This document shows, in pieces, positions 21,891-35,054 of a stretch of 64,000 nt of DNA. Source of the stretch: Monocercomonoides exilis PA203. Its lineage: Eukaryota > Protista > Preaxostyla. Both the position numbers and the translations under genes were made by a program. The stretch spans positions 1,054,001 through 1,118,000 of the forward strand of contig LSRY02000001.1 of the NCBI GenBank assembly GCA_001643675.2. Reading direction: 5' to 3'. Position 1 is the first letter of the stretch. Each line of letters begins with the position of its first letter. The notes below the pieces were generated by a model. The model saw nothing but the letters and a program-made list of their open reading frames with translations. It was not told the origin of the DNA and searched no databases.

Positions 21891-24800
21891 ATGGATCAAA
21901 AGAAACGTCTTGCAATTGGAGTTGATGTCGGATCGACAACAGTGAAAATTGTCTGCTTAGATGAAAATAACAATCTTATCTTTTCTAGGTACGAGAGACA
22001 TCTTGCAGATATTAAGACAGCAGTTCGGAAACTTTTTGAAGAGACAAATTCAGAGATTTTCTATTTTGATGATTCCGACTCGAAAGGTTTCATTTATTGA
22101 ATACAATTTACTTTTTATAATTCTTTGCGTGTGTTTTTTTAGAGAAAAAATATTTCGATGAAATTTCTATTGGAATATCTGGAAGTGGTGGAATGGGACT
22201 TGCAAACGCTCTAAAGTTACCGTTTACACAAGAGGTATGAAAAAAAATTAGATAATAAATCTCGTTAAAGTTTCTTGATAAAAAATAACATTTGCAAAAT
22301 CTTAAAGGTTTTGGCTTGCACAAAAGCTATAAAGACATTTTTAGGGCAAGTTGATGTTGCAATTGAACTTGGAGGAGAAGATGGAAAAATCACATATTTT
22401 GGGCAGCACGGAGAAACCGAGCAAAGAATGAACGGGTTATGCGCTGGAGGAACAGGTTCATTCATTGATCAGATGGTATCCGTTCTTCGTCTTGAAGAGG
22501 AAGGCGGAGCTTTAAAGCTTAATGAACTTGCATCAAAGCATAAGACGATTTATCCAATTGCATCTCGGTGTGGTGTCTTTGCCAAAACAGATATTCAAGC
22601 ATTATTGAATGATGGAGCTTCGAAAGAAGATATTTCAGCATCTGTGTTACATGCAGTTGTGATGCAAACAATCACAGGGTTGGCTTGTGGAAGAGCCATC
22701 AAAGGCAAAGTTGCTTATCTTGGTGGTCCACTCACTTTCCTTTCTGAATTGCGAGAGAGGTTTTCAGATGCACTCAATCTCGACAGAGAAAAAGACGTTG
22801 TTTTTCCCAAAAATTCTTTGTTCTTTGTTGCAATGGGTGCTGCTATTACTGCGCGTGAGGCAGCAGAGGAACAGAAACAGGACATGTTCCGCGAAGTATC
22901 AAGTGAAGCTAAACAGACAGACAAAGACATGACTCCAAAAGAGCCTGTCATTCCAATAGTTAATGAGGAACAAAAAGCATGCGATTGTTCATGCTCATCA
23001 TCATCTGATTCCAAATGCTCATGTTCAGCTTCGTCTTCATCTGCATCATCATCTGAAGCACCTCTTTTAACTCCCTTCGAACACATCCAAAAATGGTCTC
23101 ATTTGTATCAGTGCATCACACAATCACTTGAAATTCCCTCTGAAAATCCACGTCTGCCTCCTCTTTTTGCTGACGAATCAGAATACAAGGCATTCACAGA
23201 GAGACACAGCAGATGCAAAGCAGCGAGGATGTCTTTGGAAGATTATCTGAAGAAGAATGCATCAGTTGTGAGGGTTGTGGATGAGCATTCAGAACAGTCG
23301 GAATCAAAGAAAAGTGAAGACAAAAAGGAAGAAGAAGGAGAAAAAGCAAAAGAAAAAGAAAAAGAAAGCATCACTCCAGTCGCACCTGTGTATGTGGGGA
23401 TAGATGTTGGGTCAACCACCACAAAAGTGGTTGTGATTGGCAGAGAAGCGCAGATTCTGTGGAATGACTACGGCAGCAACAAAGGGATGCCTCTTCAGTC
23501 GTGTATGCGATCCATCAGCAGACTGTATGAATCACTCAAACAGGCTGAGGAGAATGTGAAGGCGGAAATGGAACAGAAAGCTCAAAAAGAAGATAAGCAA
23601 AAAGAAGGATCCAATGATGATGATTCAAAATATCCAAAATTCCTGATATGCTCCTCGGGTGTGACGGGATATGGAGAAGCACTCGTGAGAACAGCACTGC
23701 GAGTTGATGAAGGCGAAGTCGAAACAGTCGCACATTTTCGAGCAGCGAGGCATTTCGTACCGCGTGTGGACTTTCTACTGGACATTGGTGGGCAGGACAT
23801 GAAGTGCCTGTTCATTGAGGACGGGATGATCGACCGGATTGTGCTGAACGAGGCATGTTCATCTGGTTGTGGCTCTTTTCTGGAGAACTTCGCAACTTCG
23901 ATGGGAGTGACTGTTGCGCAGTTCGCGAAGATGGGGCTGGAGTCGCGCACACCTGTGGACTTGGGCTCAAGATGCACAGTGTTTATGAACAGCCGGGTGA
24001 AGCAGGTGCAGAAGGAGGGAGCCACACTCACCGACATCTCAGCAGGGCTTGCTCTGTCGATTGTGAAGAACGCGCTGTTCAAAGTGGTGCGTATCAAGAA
24101 CACATCTGAATTGGGAGCGAATGTGGTGGTACAAGGGGGCACTTTCTTCAATGATGCTGTCCTCAGATCGTTTGAGATTGTAATTGGGAGGAATGTGGTG
24201 AGGCCAGACATCGCTGGGCTTATGGGCGCGTTTGGCATGGCGCTGATTGCACGAGATAATCACAATGCAAGAATGATGAAAGGGGAAGGAGTGGATATTG
24301 CTTCTTCTTCTTCTTCTTCTTCTAACATTGTTTCTCCTCAGCTCTTCAGCTCAACTCTTCTCCCTTCTCATCTTCTCTCCTCGTTCTCCTCCACTGTCAC
24401 CACACAGCGCTGTGGTGGGTGTCTGAACAACTGTCTCCTCACCATCAACCACTTCTCTGATGGCAGACAGCATGTGTCAGGAAACAGATGCGAAAGGGGA
24501 GCAGAGCGGGCAAAGGGAACAGAAGATAAGCAGCAGCAAAAGGGAACAGAGAAAAAAAGTGAAGGAGAAAGGGTGGGTGATGATGTGCGTGTGTCTGACA
24601 TTCCCAATCTGCACCAGTACAAGAACAAGCGCCTTTTCTCACACTACATCCCCCTCCCGCCAAACAAAGCGACGCGAGGTGTGATGGGCATCCCGCGTGT
24701 GCTGAACATGTTTGACGAGTTTCCCTTCTGGTTCACTCTTCTGACAGACCTGGGCGTGCGTGTGGTGGTCAGCGGGGTTTCATCGCCTGCTCTGTACAAA

Positions 24801-27800
24801 TCAGGTGCAGACAGCATCCCCTCGGACACAATGTGCTACCCAGCCAAGCTCATCCACGGCCATGTGCTCGATCTGATCAACAGACACCGCTGCAAACGCA
24901 TCTTCTACCCGTCGGTGCTGTTCACCCGCGCAACCGACAAGGAGTCCACGAATATCTCGCACTGCCCCATCGTTGGGACATATCCTGAAATTATGCAGAA
25001 GAATCTTGACTTGCCTGAAGGAGTTATGTGCCTCTCGCCATTTCTGCCTTTATTCTCAGAGGAAGACATGATTGACAGATTCATGGAGCATGTGGTACCT
25101 GTGCTTAATACACCTTATCCTTCTGTAGCATCATCATCAACTTCTTCTTCTGCTTCTTCTTCTTCAATTTCTTCTCTTCCACTCCCGCCCCCAGTGACCC
25201 GCAGTGAAGTTAAGAAAGCCCTCGCCCATGCCTACGAAGAGTGGGACCGCTTCCGTCAGGACATGATCCTCGAAGGCGCTCGTGCCCTCTCCTTTGTGGA
25301 AGAGCACCCTTCAATCCACGCTGTCGTGTTAGCAGGGCGCCCGTATCATGTCGACCCTGAGGTGTCACACGGAATGGCTGAGCTGTTCACTTCACTTGGG
25401 TGTGCTGTCTTGACTGAAGATTCCGTGGCACCGCTGGGGCAGACAACACTGCAAAGGCCGATGAGAGTGTTAGACCCAGTCTTCTTCCACACACGTCTTT
25501 ATCACTCTGCCTCGTTTGTTGCGAAGCACCCGAACAGACGCATCCATCTGGTGCAGATGGTGTCGTTTGGGTGTGGGCAGGACGCAATCACAACTGATCA
25601 AGTGAGTGAGATTATGCTGGCGTATGGGAAGCCTTATACGCAGATCAAAATAGATGAGATTTCGAACTTGGGGGCAGCAAGGATAAGGGTGAGGTCGCTG
25701 CTGGCTGCGGTGAATGAGAGGGAGATGATGGATGCGAAGAACAAGAAGGAGCAGGAGAAAGGGATGGAGAAGATGGGGAAGATAGAAGGAGGAAGTAAAG
25801 AATCCACAACTTCAGAGAATAAAACAGAAGCAAATAAAGACAAAACAAAGAAGACAGAAAAGAAAGAGAAGAAAGACAAAAGAGACAAAAAAGAAACCTC
25901 TTCAATCATCTCATCTCTGATGGCAGCACCAGCAGCCCCGCCTGATCAATTAGCAGCTCCCACATTTCCGAAGAGTCTGTTTGAGACACCAGCTCCATTC
26001 ACTGTTGAGTCAACATTTCCAGATGAACTTGTTTTAATGGAGGAATGCTACAACATGCAGCGGTATCTGAACAAGGACGGGAGTAAAAGAAAGCTCACGA
26101 AGGAAGAGGAGAAGAAGGAGAAGAAGCTGAAGGAGGAGGAAGAGGAGGAGAAAAAGAGAGTGAGGAAAGTGGTGGAGAATGCAGAGAAAGAGGAAAAGAA
26201 GGCGTTTGAGGAACTTGCGAAGCAGAAGGAGAAGATTAGGAAAGATGCAATTGCACAAAAGAAAGAAGAAGGAAAGGGGAAGAACGAAAAGAAGAGTGAA
26301 AATGCAAAGACAGAAAATATTTCTGCTTCTGCTTCATCATCGTCATCGTCATCATCTTCTTCTTCTTCAACAGAATCAGCTTCAACAACTGAACAATCTG
26401 TTGATGGTAATGCTAAAGTGTTCACATTCAAAGGATTTGAATGGCTGAAACGTCCAATTGAGACACAAACAACTTCTTCTTCACCTTCAGATCCTTCCAC
26501 GTTTATCATCACTCCATATGTAGCTTCACCCTCATCCTCTCTTTCTCCTTCTTCTTCATCTGAATCTCTTTCTCTCTCTCTTTCTCTTCCCCTCAGCAGC
26601 GACATCGAATCTCTCGACAGCTGCACCGCAGATCGCTGCAAAGCCTGTTTTGCAAACGAAACCTGCCCCTCATTCATCCCTGACCCCAACACTCCCACCC
26701 CCACCCCTTCCCCTTCTGCCTCACCCTCTGGACTTACCCCTGCCCAGCTACAGAAGCGAAAGAATGCGCTCAAAAGGAAAGATCCCCGCTCGCAGCATCT
26801 TGGACCGTATGGCTACCCACACAGCGGCTCTGAGCTGTTTGTGACTCCACTCTACACAAAAGCGATGATGCAGCACCACACTTTGCTCTGCCCAACAATG
26901 TCGCCTTATTCGAACCCGTTCATTGTCACTGTGCTGAGAAGGAGAGGCCACGTCACGTTCATTCCAGAGGCCACACCTCCTTCTTGGCTGCCTGCAGGCA
27001 ATAGAGAAGTGCTCTGCAGATACACTGTGCCTGTCGGCTCCCCAGCAGATGTCTATGAAACATCTCTTTCTCTGCTCCACAACGACCTCTGCATCCCTGC
27101 TCATCTCTTCCTGGGTGTGTTTCTGCATGCCCTGTTTGCACCCAACCACCCGCGCATCTTCGACCCTTCACGAGCTGTTCTGATGCTCACTCAGACAGGC
27201 TCTGCCTGCCGCGCCCCGAACTATCTCTCGTGTCTGAGGCGGGCATTGAGGGACATGGGTTACCCTCGCATTCCAGTTGTGCCATTAACAACAGTTGACA
27301 AGTTTGACGGACACCACCCAGCACTGGAGATGTCTGTGGGGATATACAGAGACGCGGCTTTTGTGTTTGTGATGGGCGATCTGCTGCAGCGGCTGCTGCT
27401 TAGAACACGTCCGTATGAGGCAGAGAAGGACTCAGCGAACAAGCTGTGTGTGGAGATGATGGAGAAAGGGAGAACATGGCTGGCGAAGGAGACGTCGTTC
27501 AGTTCCTTCACAAAGTGGGCGAAGGAAGCAATCACCCGCTTTGAGCAGTTGCCATTGCTGGATGTGCCGAGAAAGCCGAGGGTGGGCATTGTGGGTGAGA
27601 TTGGGGTGCAGCTGAGGCCTTCTCTTAACAACTATCTGATCGACCAGCTGGAGATGAGCGGGGCAGAGGCGGTGTGCTTGGGAATGATCGACTTTGTGGG
27701 GTATTGTGCAATGGACGAGGTGTCTTTGCACAAGCTGCTGAGAAAAGCGCTTCCGAAGCAGCTGGTCTCGAAGTTTGCGCTGTGGTATATTTCTTCGCTT

Positions 27801-29141
27801 CTGGAGCCGATTCGGGAGATGCTGCACAAGTCGAAGAGATTTGACCATTTTTCAAAAGCAGAAGAGCTGGTTGATCTTGTGTCACCTCATTGCTCCCCGT
27901 TGATGGTGTGGGGCGAAGGATGGCTGCTGGTGGCAGAGATGGTGGAGATGATCACAATGATGGACTGTCCGAACATTCTTGTCCTGCAGCCGTGGGGCTG
28001 TTTGCCCAATCACATCACAGGGAGAGGGTTCATCAAGTATCTGAGGGGCAGATATCCGGGTGTGAATATTGTGCCGATTGATTTCGACACCTCGGCATCG
28101 GAAGTGAATCAGGCAAACAGAATCACGCTGATGCTATCGGTGGCAAAGGATGCGCTGAAGAAGAAGAGGAAGATGGAGAAAGAGAAAGAAGGGGAAAAAG
28201 ATGGAATGGAGAAGAAAAAAGATGTTGAACAATCTGAAGCTTCTTCTTCTTCCTCCTGCTCCTCTTCTTCTTCCTCTTCAAATGATCAAATTTCAATCAA
28301 TAAAGAACCAAAAGTTTCATCAGAAAAGAGTGAGATTGAGTATGAGAACAGACTGACAGACAAAGAGTGGGAGGCAGAAGTGCAAAGGAAGATATCAGCA
28401 GACAAGACACCAGATGAGGAATATGCAGATGATGGCAGATGTGCTTTTGGATTGAATGCTCCTGCTTCAACAGATTCTTCTTCTTGTTCTTCTTCAACTT
28501 CTTCTTCTTCTTCTAGTCAATCATCATCATCTCCTATTGAATCAACCACACAAGAATCATCGAAACCAGAAAAAGAAGAAAAAGAAGGAGAAGAAGAAGA
28601 TAAAGAAGAAGCAACATCTTCTTCCAAATTGAATGAAGAGGCATCGCCATTGATGGGGTCACAAATGCCTTCTCCTTCGCCTGTCTCTTCTGCCTCACCC
28701 ACTTCAGCATCATCATCAATGAGTGAGCATCAGATGGAAAAGGAGAGAAGAAAAGAAGAGGAGGAGAAAGAGGAGAAAGAGAAAGCTGAAGAGAAAGAAG
28801 AAAAGGAAGATAAGAAAGAGGAGGGAAATGAAGAGAAACAAGAACAAGAGAAAGAAAAAGAAAAAGAAAATGAGAAAAAAGCAGAAGCAGTGTCTGTCGA
28901 GCAGATACTTCCAATCAGCGATAAAGATAGAACTGAAAGTTCTCAAATATCAATTACTCCAACAGCAAGTGAAAACAATGAGAATGGAGAAGAAATGGGA
29001 AAGGGCAATGAAATTCAGCCAGAAGAAGAAGCAAAGAAAGATAATCAGATTGAGGCAAAGGAGGAAGAAAAATCTGAAGTTGGTGAAGAAGAGGAAAAAA
29101 GAGAGTCGATGGTTTCGTCTCCTCGCTCTGAAACGGATTAG
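21891..29141 (+). CDS. Fused CoA-substrate-specific enzyme activase / 2-hydroxyacyl-CoA dehydratase (two BcrAD_BadFG ATPase domains, DUF2229-like and HgdAB-like regions), about 2373 aa; exons 21891-22086, 22143-22234, 22308-29141
   Basis: GVDVGSTTVK, ELGGEDGK, MNGLCAGGTGSFIDQ, IASRCGVFAK; second ATPase GIDVGSTTTK, DIGGQDMK, LNEACSSGCGSFLE, LGSRCTVF; CGGCLNNC..SGNRC; GIPRVLN, CYPAKLIHGH, SFGCG, GEGWLL, PWGCLPNH. The exon lengths sum to a whole number of codons. Confidence 0.92.
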
Positions 29142-29477
29142 CCTTCTTTATTGCCTCTTCTTCTATTTCTTCTTTCAAGGGTTTTCAGTGCAACTCTTTA
29201 TGATTTTAAAAACTGAGTAAATTATTATAATTCATCCTCCAGCGCCTCATTTCACTCATTTTTATAAATGATTATAGTTAATTATTGATTTTTTTATTAT
29301 TATTTAATGCTTACACCTCACATTTTTGATAGTTATCATAACTATGTATATTGGAATTAATTCATTTCAATATGAAAATTACACATGGTTTGTTAATTTT
29401 TTGTTTTAATTTTTCATAACAGGCATATTTTGTTATGGTTAGACTTCAAATCTTTATTGTATTTTTCTTCCAATTAA

Positions 29478-32284
29478 ATGGAAATTGTTGATGAAGCATT
29501 TGAAATTGAGAAAGAATCTATTGTTTATCGCCTTTCTATAACCGCTACAACCACTTCACTGACTATCTTTGTGGAAAAAGTTGATTCTGAGGATAATTGG
29601 AAAGGTTCTTTTACTCCAAAAGGTATATTATTATTCTAATTCATATTGGATTGAAATCTTTTTTGTATTTCATATTTGTTGATTAACGTTAGAGGTTGAA
29701 GAAATTTCCTTAAATGCAGGAAGCACAAAAAAATATCATGTGTTCGTGAAAATGCTTCAGAGTGCTTTGCAACAAACAGATAGTTCTTTGAGCATTGACC
29801 TACTCACTCACACTGATCTTCAGGAGCTTCAGATGAAAAAGTCAAAATCTTCAGCTCCTCCAAAACCGCCTCCAACAAAGTCACTTTTCTTGATTCTTTC
29901 ATACTCAACGGAATATGACAGGTTAACATTTAATTTTCTTAATACTTATTCATGTTGTTTTCTTTTCTCGTTTGAAGAGTTCATTATGTACTTTGTCTTG
30001 CTTTTGAAGGAAAGCAAACAGAAGAATCCATGGCTTTGACTGTTAGACAGTTAAAATCAGAACTTCAAGCAATGCGTCAACAAATGTCTTCTGTTAGCAA
30101 AATAAAAAGAGAAAATGCTGAACTTAAAAAGAGAGTGAAAGAAATGGAAAGCGAACTTGCAAAATCTCAATCTCAGGTTGCACAGCAAGAAAAAGAAATG
30201 AAAGAGATATTGTCAAAAAGAAAGAATGACGACTCAAGAAAGTTGAGACAAAGATGTTCAGATTTAGAAATGGAAGTCATGGAACTAAAGAAAAGTGAAC
30301 GAGATGCACGAAAGCAACTTCTTAAAACAAGATTAGAATTGAAAGATGCACAAAAGCAAGTAACTGATTTATCCAGACGGCTGAAGTTTGAATTGCTTTT
30401 TTTTTTCTGTTTTTTGAAAAAATTAACTTTCGCTCTACTGTTCATTGAAATGTGTATTTGTTAATGATTGCTTGCTCTTGTTAATTTTGCATGTTCATTC
30501 AGAATTTCCATCACTCCAACATCTCATCGTTCATTTTCTGCATCACCATCTCAACGTCGTCCCCTCACTCCTCGCTCTCAAAGTTCTCCGTATTCCTCTT
30601 TTAGAACTCCTACGCAACGTAATTCCACACCATCCTCTGTCGCTTCCCGTTCTCGTCGTTCTCAGACACCTCCTCCACCAAGGCTCCTTCCTTCATCACG
30701 ATCTCCTTCTCCCTCCACATTTCGCCAGCCATCTTCTTCTGCTTCTACCAAACGTCCTTTCATTTCACGAAGCTCTTCGATTAGCTCTGCTCGTTCATCT
30801 GTTTCTCAAACAAGACGTCGCTCTTCATCTGTTTCTATCTCACCTTCACCTTCACGTGCTCCAAACTCTGCTACAAAGCGTTCTCAAAGAGTTGGATCAG
30901 TATCACCATCACCTTCTGATCAACAAAGAAGAAGACTATCTGTTGGAAGGTTTGAAAGATATTAAGTGAATACATTGAATTTTTTTTGTTTATATAATTT
31001 TGTTCTTTGTTCATTTATGCTTCCAGTTCCAGAGGTCGAAGCTCATCTCCTCGTCCTTTATCGACACCTTCTGCGCATCCAACTCCTTCAAACAAGGCAA
31101 CATCAAACCGCATGAAAGAGAGTCCAGCTAAAACAACTCCATCACGTTCGGCACGTGACCGTAGTAGCAATACACCAAAAACAAAGAATTCTTCTCGTTT
31201 TGCAAGAGAAACATCACCAGCATCTCAAGCAGAAAGAAGCATCAAAAGCACAAAAAGCATAAACGCAGAAAGAAAGAAAAGAGAATCGCTGCCTCAGCAA
31301 ATGTCGCCTCGTGCTTTGTCTCCATCTCCTCAATCGGATGACAGGAAAACAAAAAGAACAATTTCATCTCGACGCAATACTTCAATCAGTGAAAGCGAAG
31401 ATGAATCGGAACTTAGTAATTTCGAAAAGAGAAAGAAGAAGCAAACAGAAGTTGAGGAACGAGTGAGAAGACGATTGAGAGAAAGCGAAAGAGAGAGACT
31501 TTTGAAGGACAGAAGCAGAGCAAAAGGAAGATCGACTTCAATAAGTTCAATCAGAAGTGGTGAAGCTGAAAGAGATGAAGATGAGTATTCACACCATTCT
31601 GTGAAATTGAGTGAAAGACGAAGAAAGAAGCATCCCTTCAATGAAGATGAAGAGAATGAAGAAGAGAATGAAGATGAAGAAGATGACGATTATAATAATG
31701 CAAGAGAAAAGCCAGTTTATCGGAGCGAAAGTAGAAAAAGCAGAAACGAAATGAGAGGCAAAAGAAAAGAAGAAGACGAAGATGATGATGATGATGATGA
31801 AACTGACGATGATGAAGAAGATCGTTCGGACAATAAAAGAGAGAGGAGAGGAAAGGCTACATCTCGCAGCAAAAGACAACAAGAAAGCAAGAAGAGAAAA
31901 GAGAAAGAGAAACGAGAAGCGGAAAAGTTGAAGCGATTGGAAGAAGGATGGAAAGGGATGGACGATCCTGTTGAAGAACCTACAAAAGACAAAGAGACCC
32001 AAAAACAGAAGAGCGAAAATAGTATGCACTGTTCTATTTGAACAATTCATCAATAATTATTTGTGTCGCATTTTTTTAAACAAAACCTAAATGATTATTA
32101 TCAGGATCCCCAGTGAAGAAGAGCGCACAAAATACATTAGAGTATGAATCGATTGTTTATTTTCTCATTGTTAAAAATTTTTTTTTTAATTTTTATATTT
32201 TTCATATCAAGGGATATTGACATGCGAGTTAATGCGCTTCACAAATTACTTGAAAAATGCAAATCTTCTAAAGTGAGTGTTTGA
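29478..32284 (+). CDS. CCDC61: CCDC61/VFL3 basal-body protein (SAS-6-like head, coiled coil, Ser/Arg-rich tail), about 7 exons
   Basis: WKGSFTPK-EVEEISLNAGSTKKYHVFVKMLQSAL..SIDLLTHTDL..FLILSYSTEYDR-VHY and terminal DIDMRVNALHKLL match the conserved CCDC61 blocks. Confidence 0.88.
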
Positions 32285-32601
32285 TTGTGTTGAATACTGG
32301 ATTTTATTTATTCTGTGTTGAATTGTAATTTGCTGACTTTTTATGTTCTGCTGAACTTTTGATTAACCATTTCAAAATTAAAATCACTTCGTATTCGCTT
32401 CTGCTGCTGATGGTTTTCTTTTCAAATATTTCTTAGAATCATTTGAACTATTTTGTTTTCACCGTTTCAATTTTCGTTTTTTAAATGAAGTGATTTTTGA
32501 AGTGAAATAGAGGATGCAGGGAAATGATTAAATCTTTTCATGAAGCTTGAGTATTTCAGTAGACGTAAAACTTTCAAAGAGAAAAAAGAAATGAGCCCAT
32601 T

Positions 32602-34913
32602 TCACGATGGCCCAAGCACAGCATCAATCATCCCCGACAGCTGAAGCAGCTCGTTCTGAAGTGCAACCTCAGCATTCACCACAATCCGCAGCTTGACCAG
32701 TGCTTCATCAAGCACCACACTAAGTCCAGCCATCTGCTGGCACTCGTCCACAACAATAGCAGCAGCTTCCATCAGCGATGATGAGATTGATACAGGCTGC
32801 TGCTGATTCAGTGATGTCAGCAAGGAAACGGCAATCTCATCCTTTTTCTTGCTTCCCGAAATGCTTTCTTTTTTGCCTTCTCCTTCTTTGTCTGTTCCAG
32901 TCTGTTGTGATTCATCACTGCCTTCAGCGTCTCCTTCATCTGCCAGCTGAGTCTCCATCACCCCAATCGCATCAAGGACAATGGCCTCATCATCTCCCTT
33001 TCCTCTGTTCTGCAGACTTCTCCTCTTCTTCAGACTTGCTGCAGTCATCCGCTTTCCCACCAGGTTTCTGCTCAGCCACTCCACAATCGGTGCCATTGAA
33101 GCAGGATCTCTTCCATGAAGTGCTTTCCGAAGTGCCCCGCGTCTGCTCAGCTCTGCAAACATCATCTCTGCCAGCCCAGGTGCAGGCGACGAGATGGCTG
33201 TGTCCAGCGACGAGATGGCTGTGTCCAACGCCTCGTGATGTCTGAAGTTCCTCAGCAGGTTCTCTGCCAGTGATAGATGGTGATGTCCCCTCCCAAAGAT
33301 CGATGCTCCGTGTGGCGTAGCGCTGGCTCCAGAAGGACGCAGTCGTCTGTCAGACATGTCGGGAATGACTGTGATGGCATCGCTGGAAACTGTAGGCTTC
33401 TTTTGGGATTGCCTTGAAAGAAAAGATTTTCCTGATGGTGTTGATGCTCCTGATGATGCAGATGTCGAAGATTGTGCTTTTTCTTCACCAAAAGCAGAAT
33501 CCTGTTCCATCGATCGCATCATTGCCGTCCACGAGTCAATTGGCTTTCCATCGGCATCCCTTTCTTGTCTCTTCCTCTTCTCTCCCATGCCAATTACTGC
33601 TCCTTCCTCATCTCCCAAGTCTTCAAGTTCCATTGCCTTTCGCGGCTCCAAGAGACGTTTGCTAATTTCTGTGCGTGAATCGGATCCTTTGCGCTTCATC
33701 ACTGCAACCCCTCCCTCTGCAAAGCCAAACACAACTGATTTTTCGTCGCTGCTGCGGGCAGCGCAGACGATGGATCCGCGGATCATCACAGGCTTCGTGG
33801 AATTGGGATATGAAGAAGCTGGTGCTGCGATCAGAGGAGAAGCTATTGACGCAGTGACTTGCATTGTTTCGAGGGAATGGATCTTCATTATTCCGTCCAG
33901 GCTGACGCTGCACAGGCGAAATGGTGAGCCAGCAAATACTTCCTCCAGTGTGTGCATTTTCAGGTGCGGTGGAAGGATACCAGAGCAAAGTGCATCTGGA
34001 GACAAAGGAGGAAGATTTTGCACAGCTTTATCTGCTGGCAGTGAACGGCTTCTGCTCATCAGCATAAGAGAAGTGATTGTTTTGTTGTGAGACTTGGCAG
34101 TTTTGATGACGCGAGGTGGAGAAGAAAGCAAATCCCATATGTTGATTTTATTTTTCGCTATGAAAAATGAAAAGATTTTTTTTTTATTAAAATGTGAAAA
34201 GAAAATGAAAATAAAAAAGAAATTATCAAACCTGTCGAAGCAAGCATTGTCCCACCTGGCAAAAAACAAATTGACTCCACGGGATCTTTGTGATCCAGTT
34301 GGCACAAAGGCTCTCCTGAATCGATTTCTCTCAAATTCCACAGGCAAATTTTGCGATCATAGCTTGCTGTTGCAATAATATGTGCACATGAAGGATTGCA
34401 AACAATACTTTTGATATAATCTGAGTGAGCTTCTGCTGATCCAAGAATCATAAAAGTTTCTGAATTGAAAATTTTAATGATTCCATCGTCTCCCCCTGAT
34501 ATCATTTTCTTCTTGTCCTCAGTGAAAACAACAACTCTGCAAGGTCCTTCGTGTGCCTTTATTTTATGTAGCAATTTTCTAGTTGATGCATTATAAACCA
34601 AAAGCATCCCTGTATCCGTTCCAACAACAATTATTTTTCCATCTGGACGATAAACTGCGCAGCGAGGAAGTGCATTTTTTAGATTCAAAGAAAACACATT
34701 CTCCATTGAACTGATGTCTATCACATCCACGCTACTAGCTGATACAGAGAGAATCAAATCGTTATGTGCTTTATTAAAAGAAAGTGAAATTGGAGGAGAA
34801 TTAGTCTTTTTCACAGCAGACACTCCCAAGCTTGTCCAAAAACTAGCCTCACTTAAAACTGGATTGGGTTGTTTTACCTGATAAGGAGGCACAAGCTTTG
34901 GAAAAGCAGACAT
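32602..34913 (-). CDS. UTP15: U3 snoRNP/SSU processome WD40 protein UTP15, one intron near 34160-34230
   Basis: YRPDGKIIVVG, AHEGP, ISGGDD, AHSDYIK, TASYD, DHKDPVE, HNKTITSL; C-terminal LLRNFRHHEALD..ELSRRGALRKALHGRD domain. Confidence 0.9.
33186..33227. repeat. Perfect 21-bp tandem duplication within UTP15 (LDTAISS x2)
   Basis: gcgacgagatggctgtgtcca occurs twice back to back. Confidence 0.95.
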
Positions 34914-35054
34914 ATTCCAAAAAGAAATAAAACAAAAAGTATGGAAATTTCGAAAATATTTGTAATCATAATCATTCAATATTTGCATTTTTGTGTATCA
35001 CTAAATTTCACAAAAAATTTCTGATCGATATATGTATCATTGATTTTTGAAACA

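Noticed and set aside
21891-29141. Bacterial contamination or chimeric assembly
   Set aside because: Host-type introns, host-type low-complexity inserts and seamless eukaryotic flanks.
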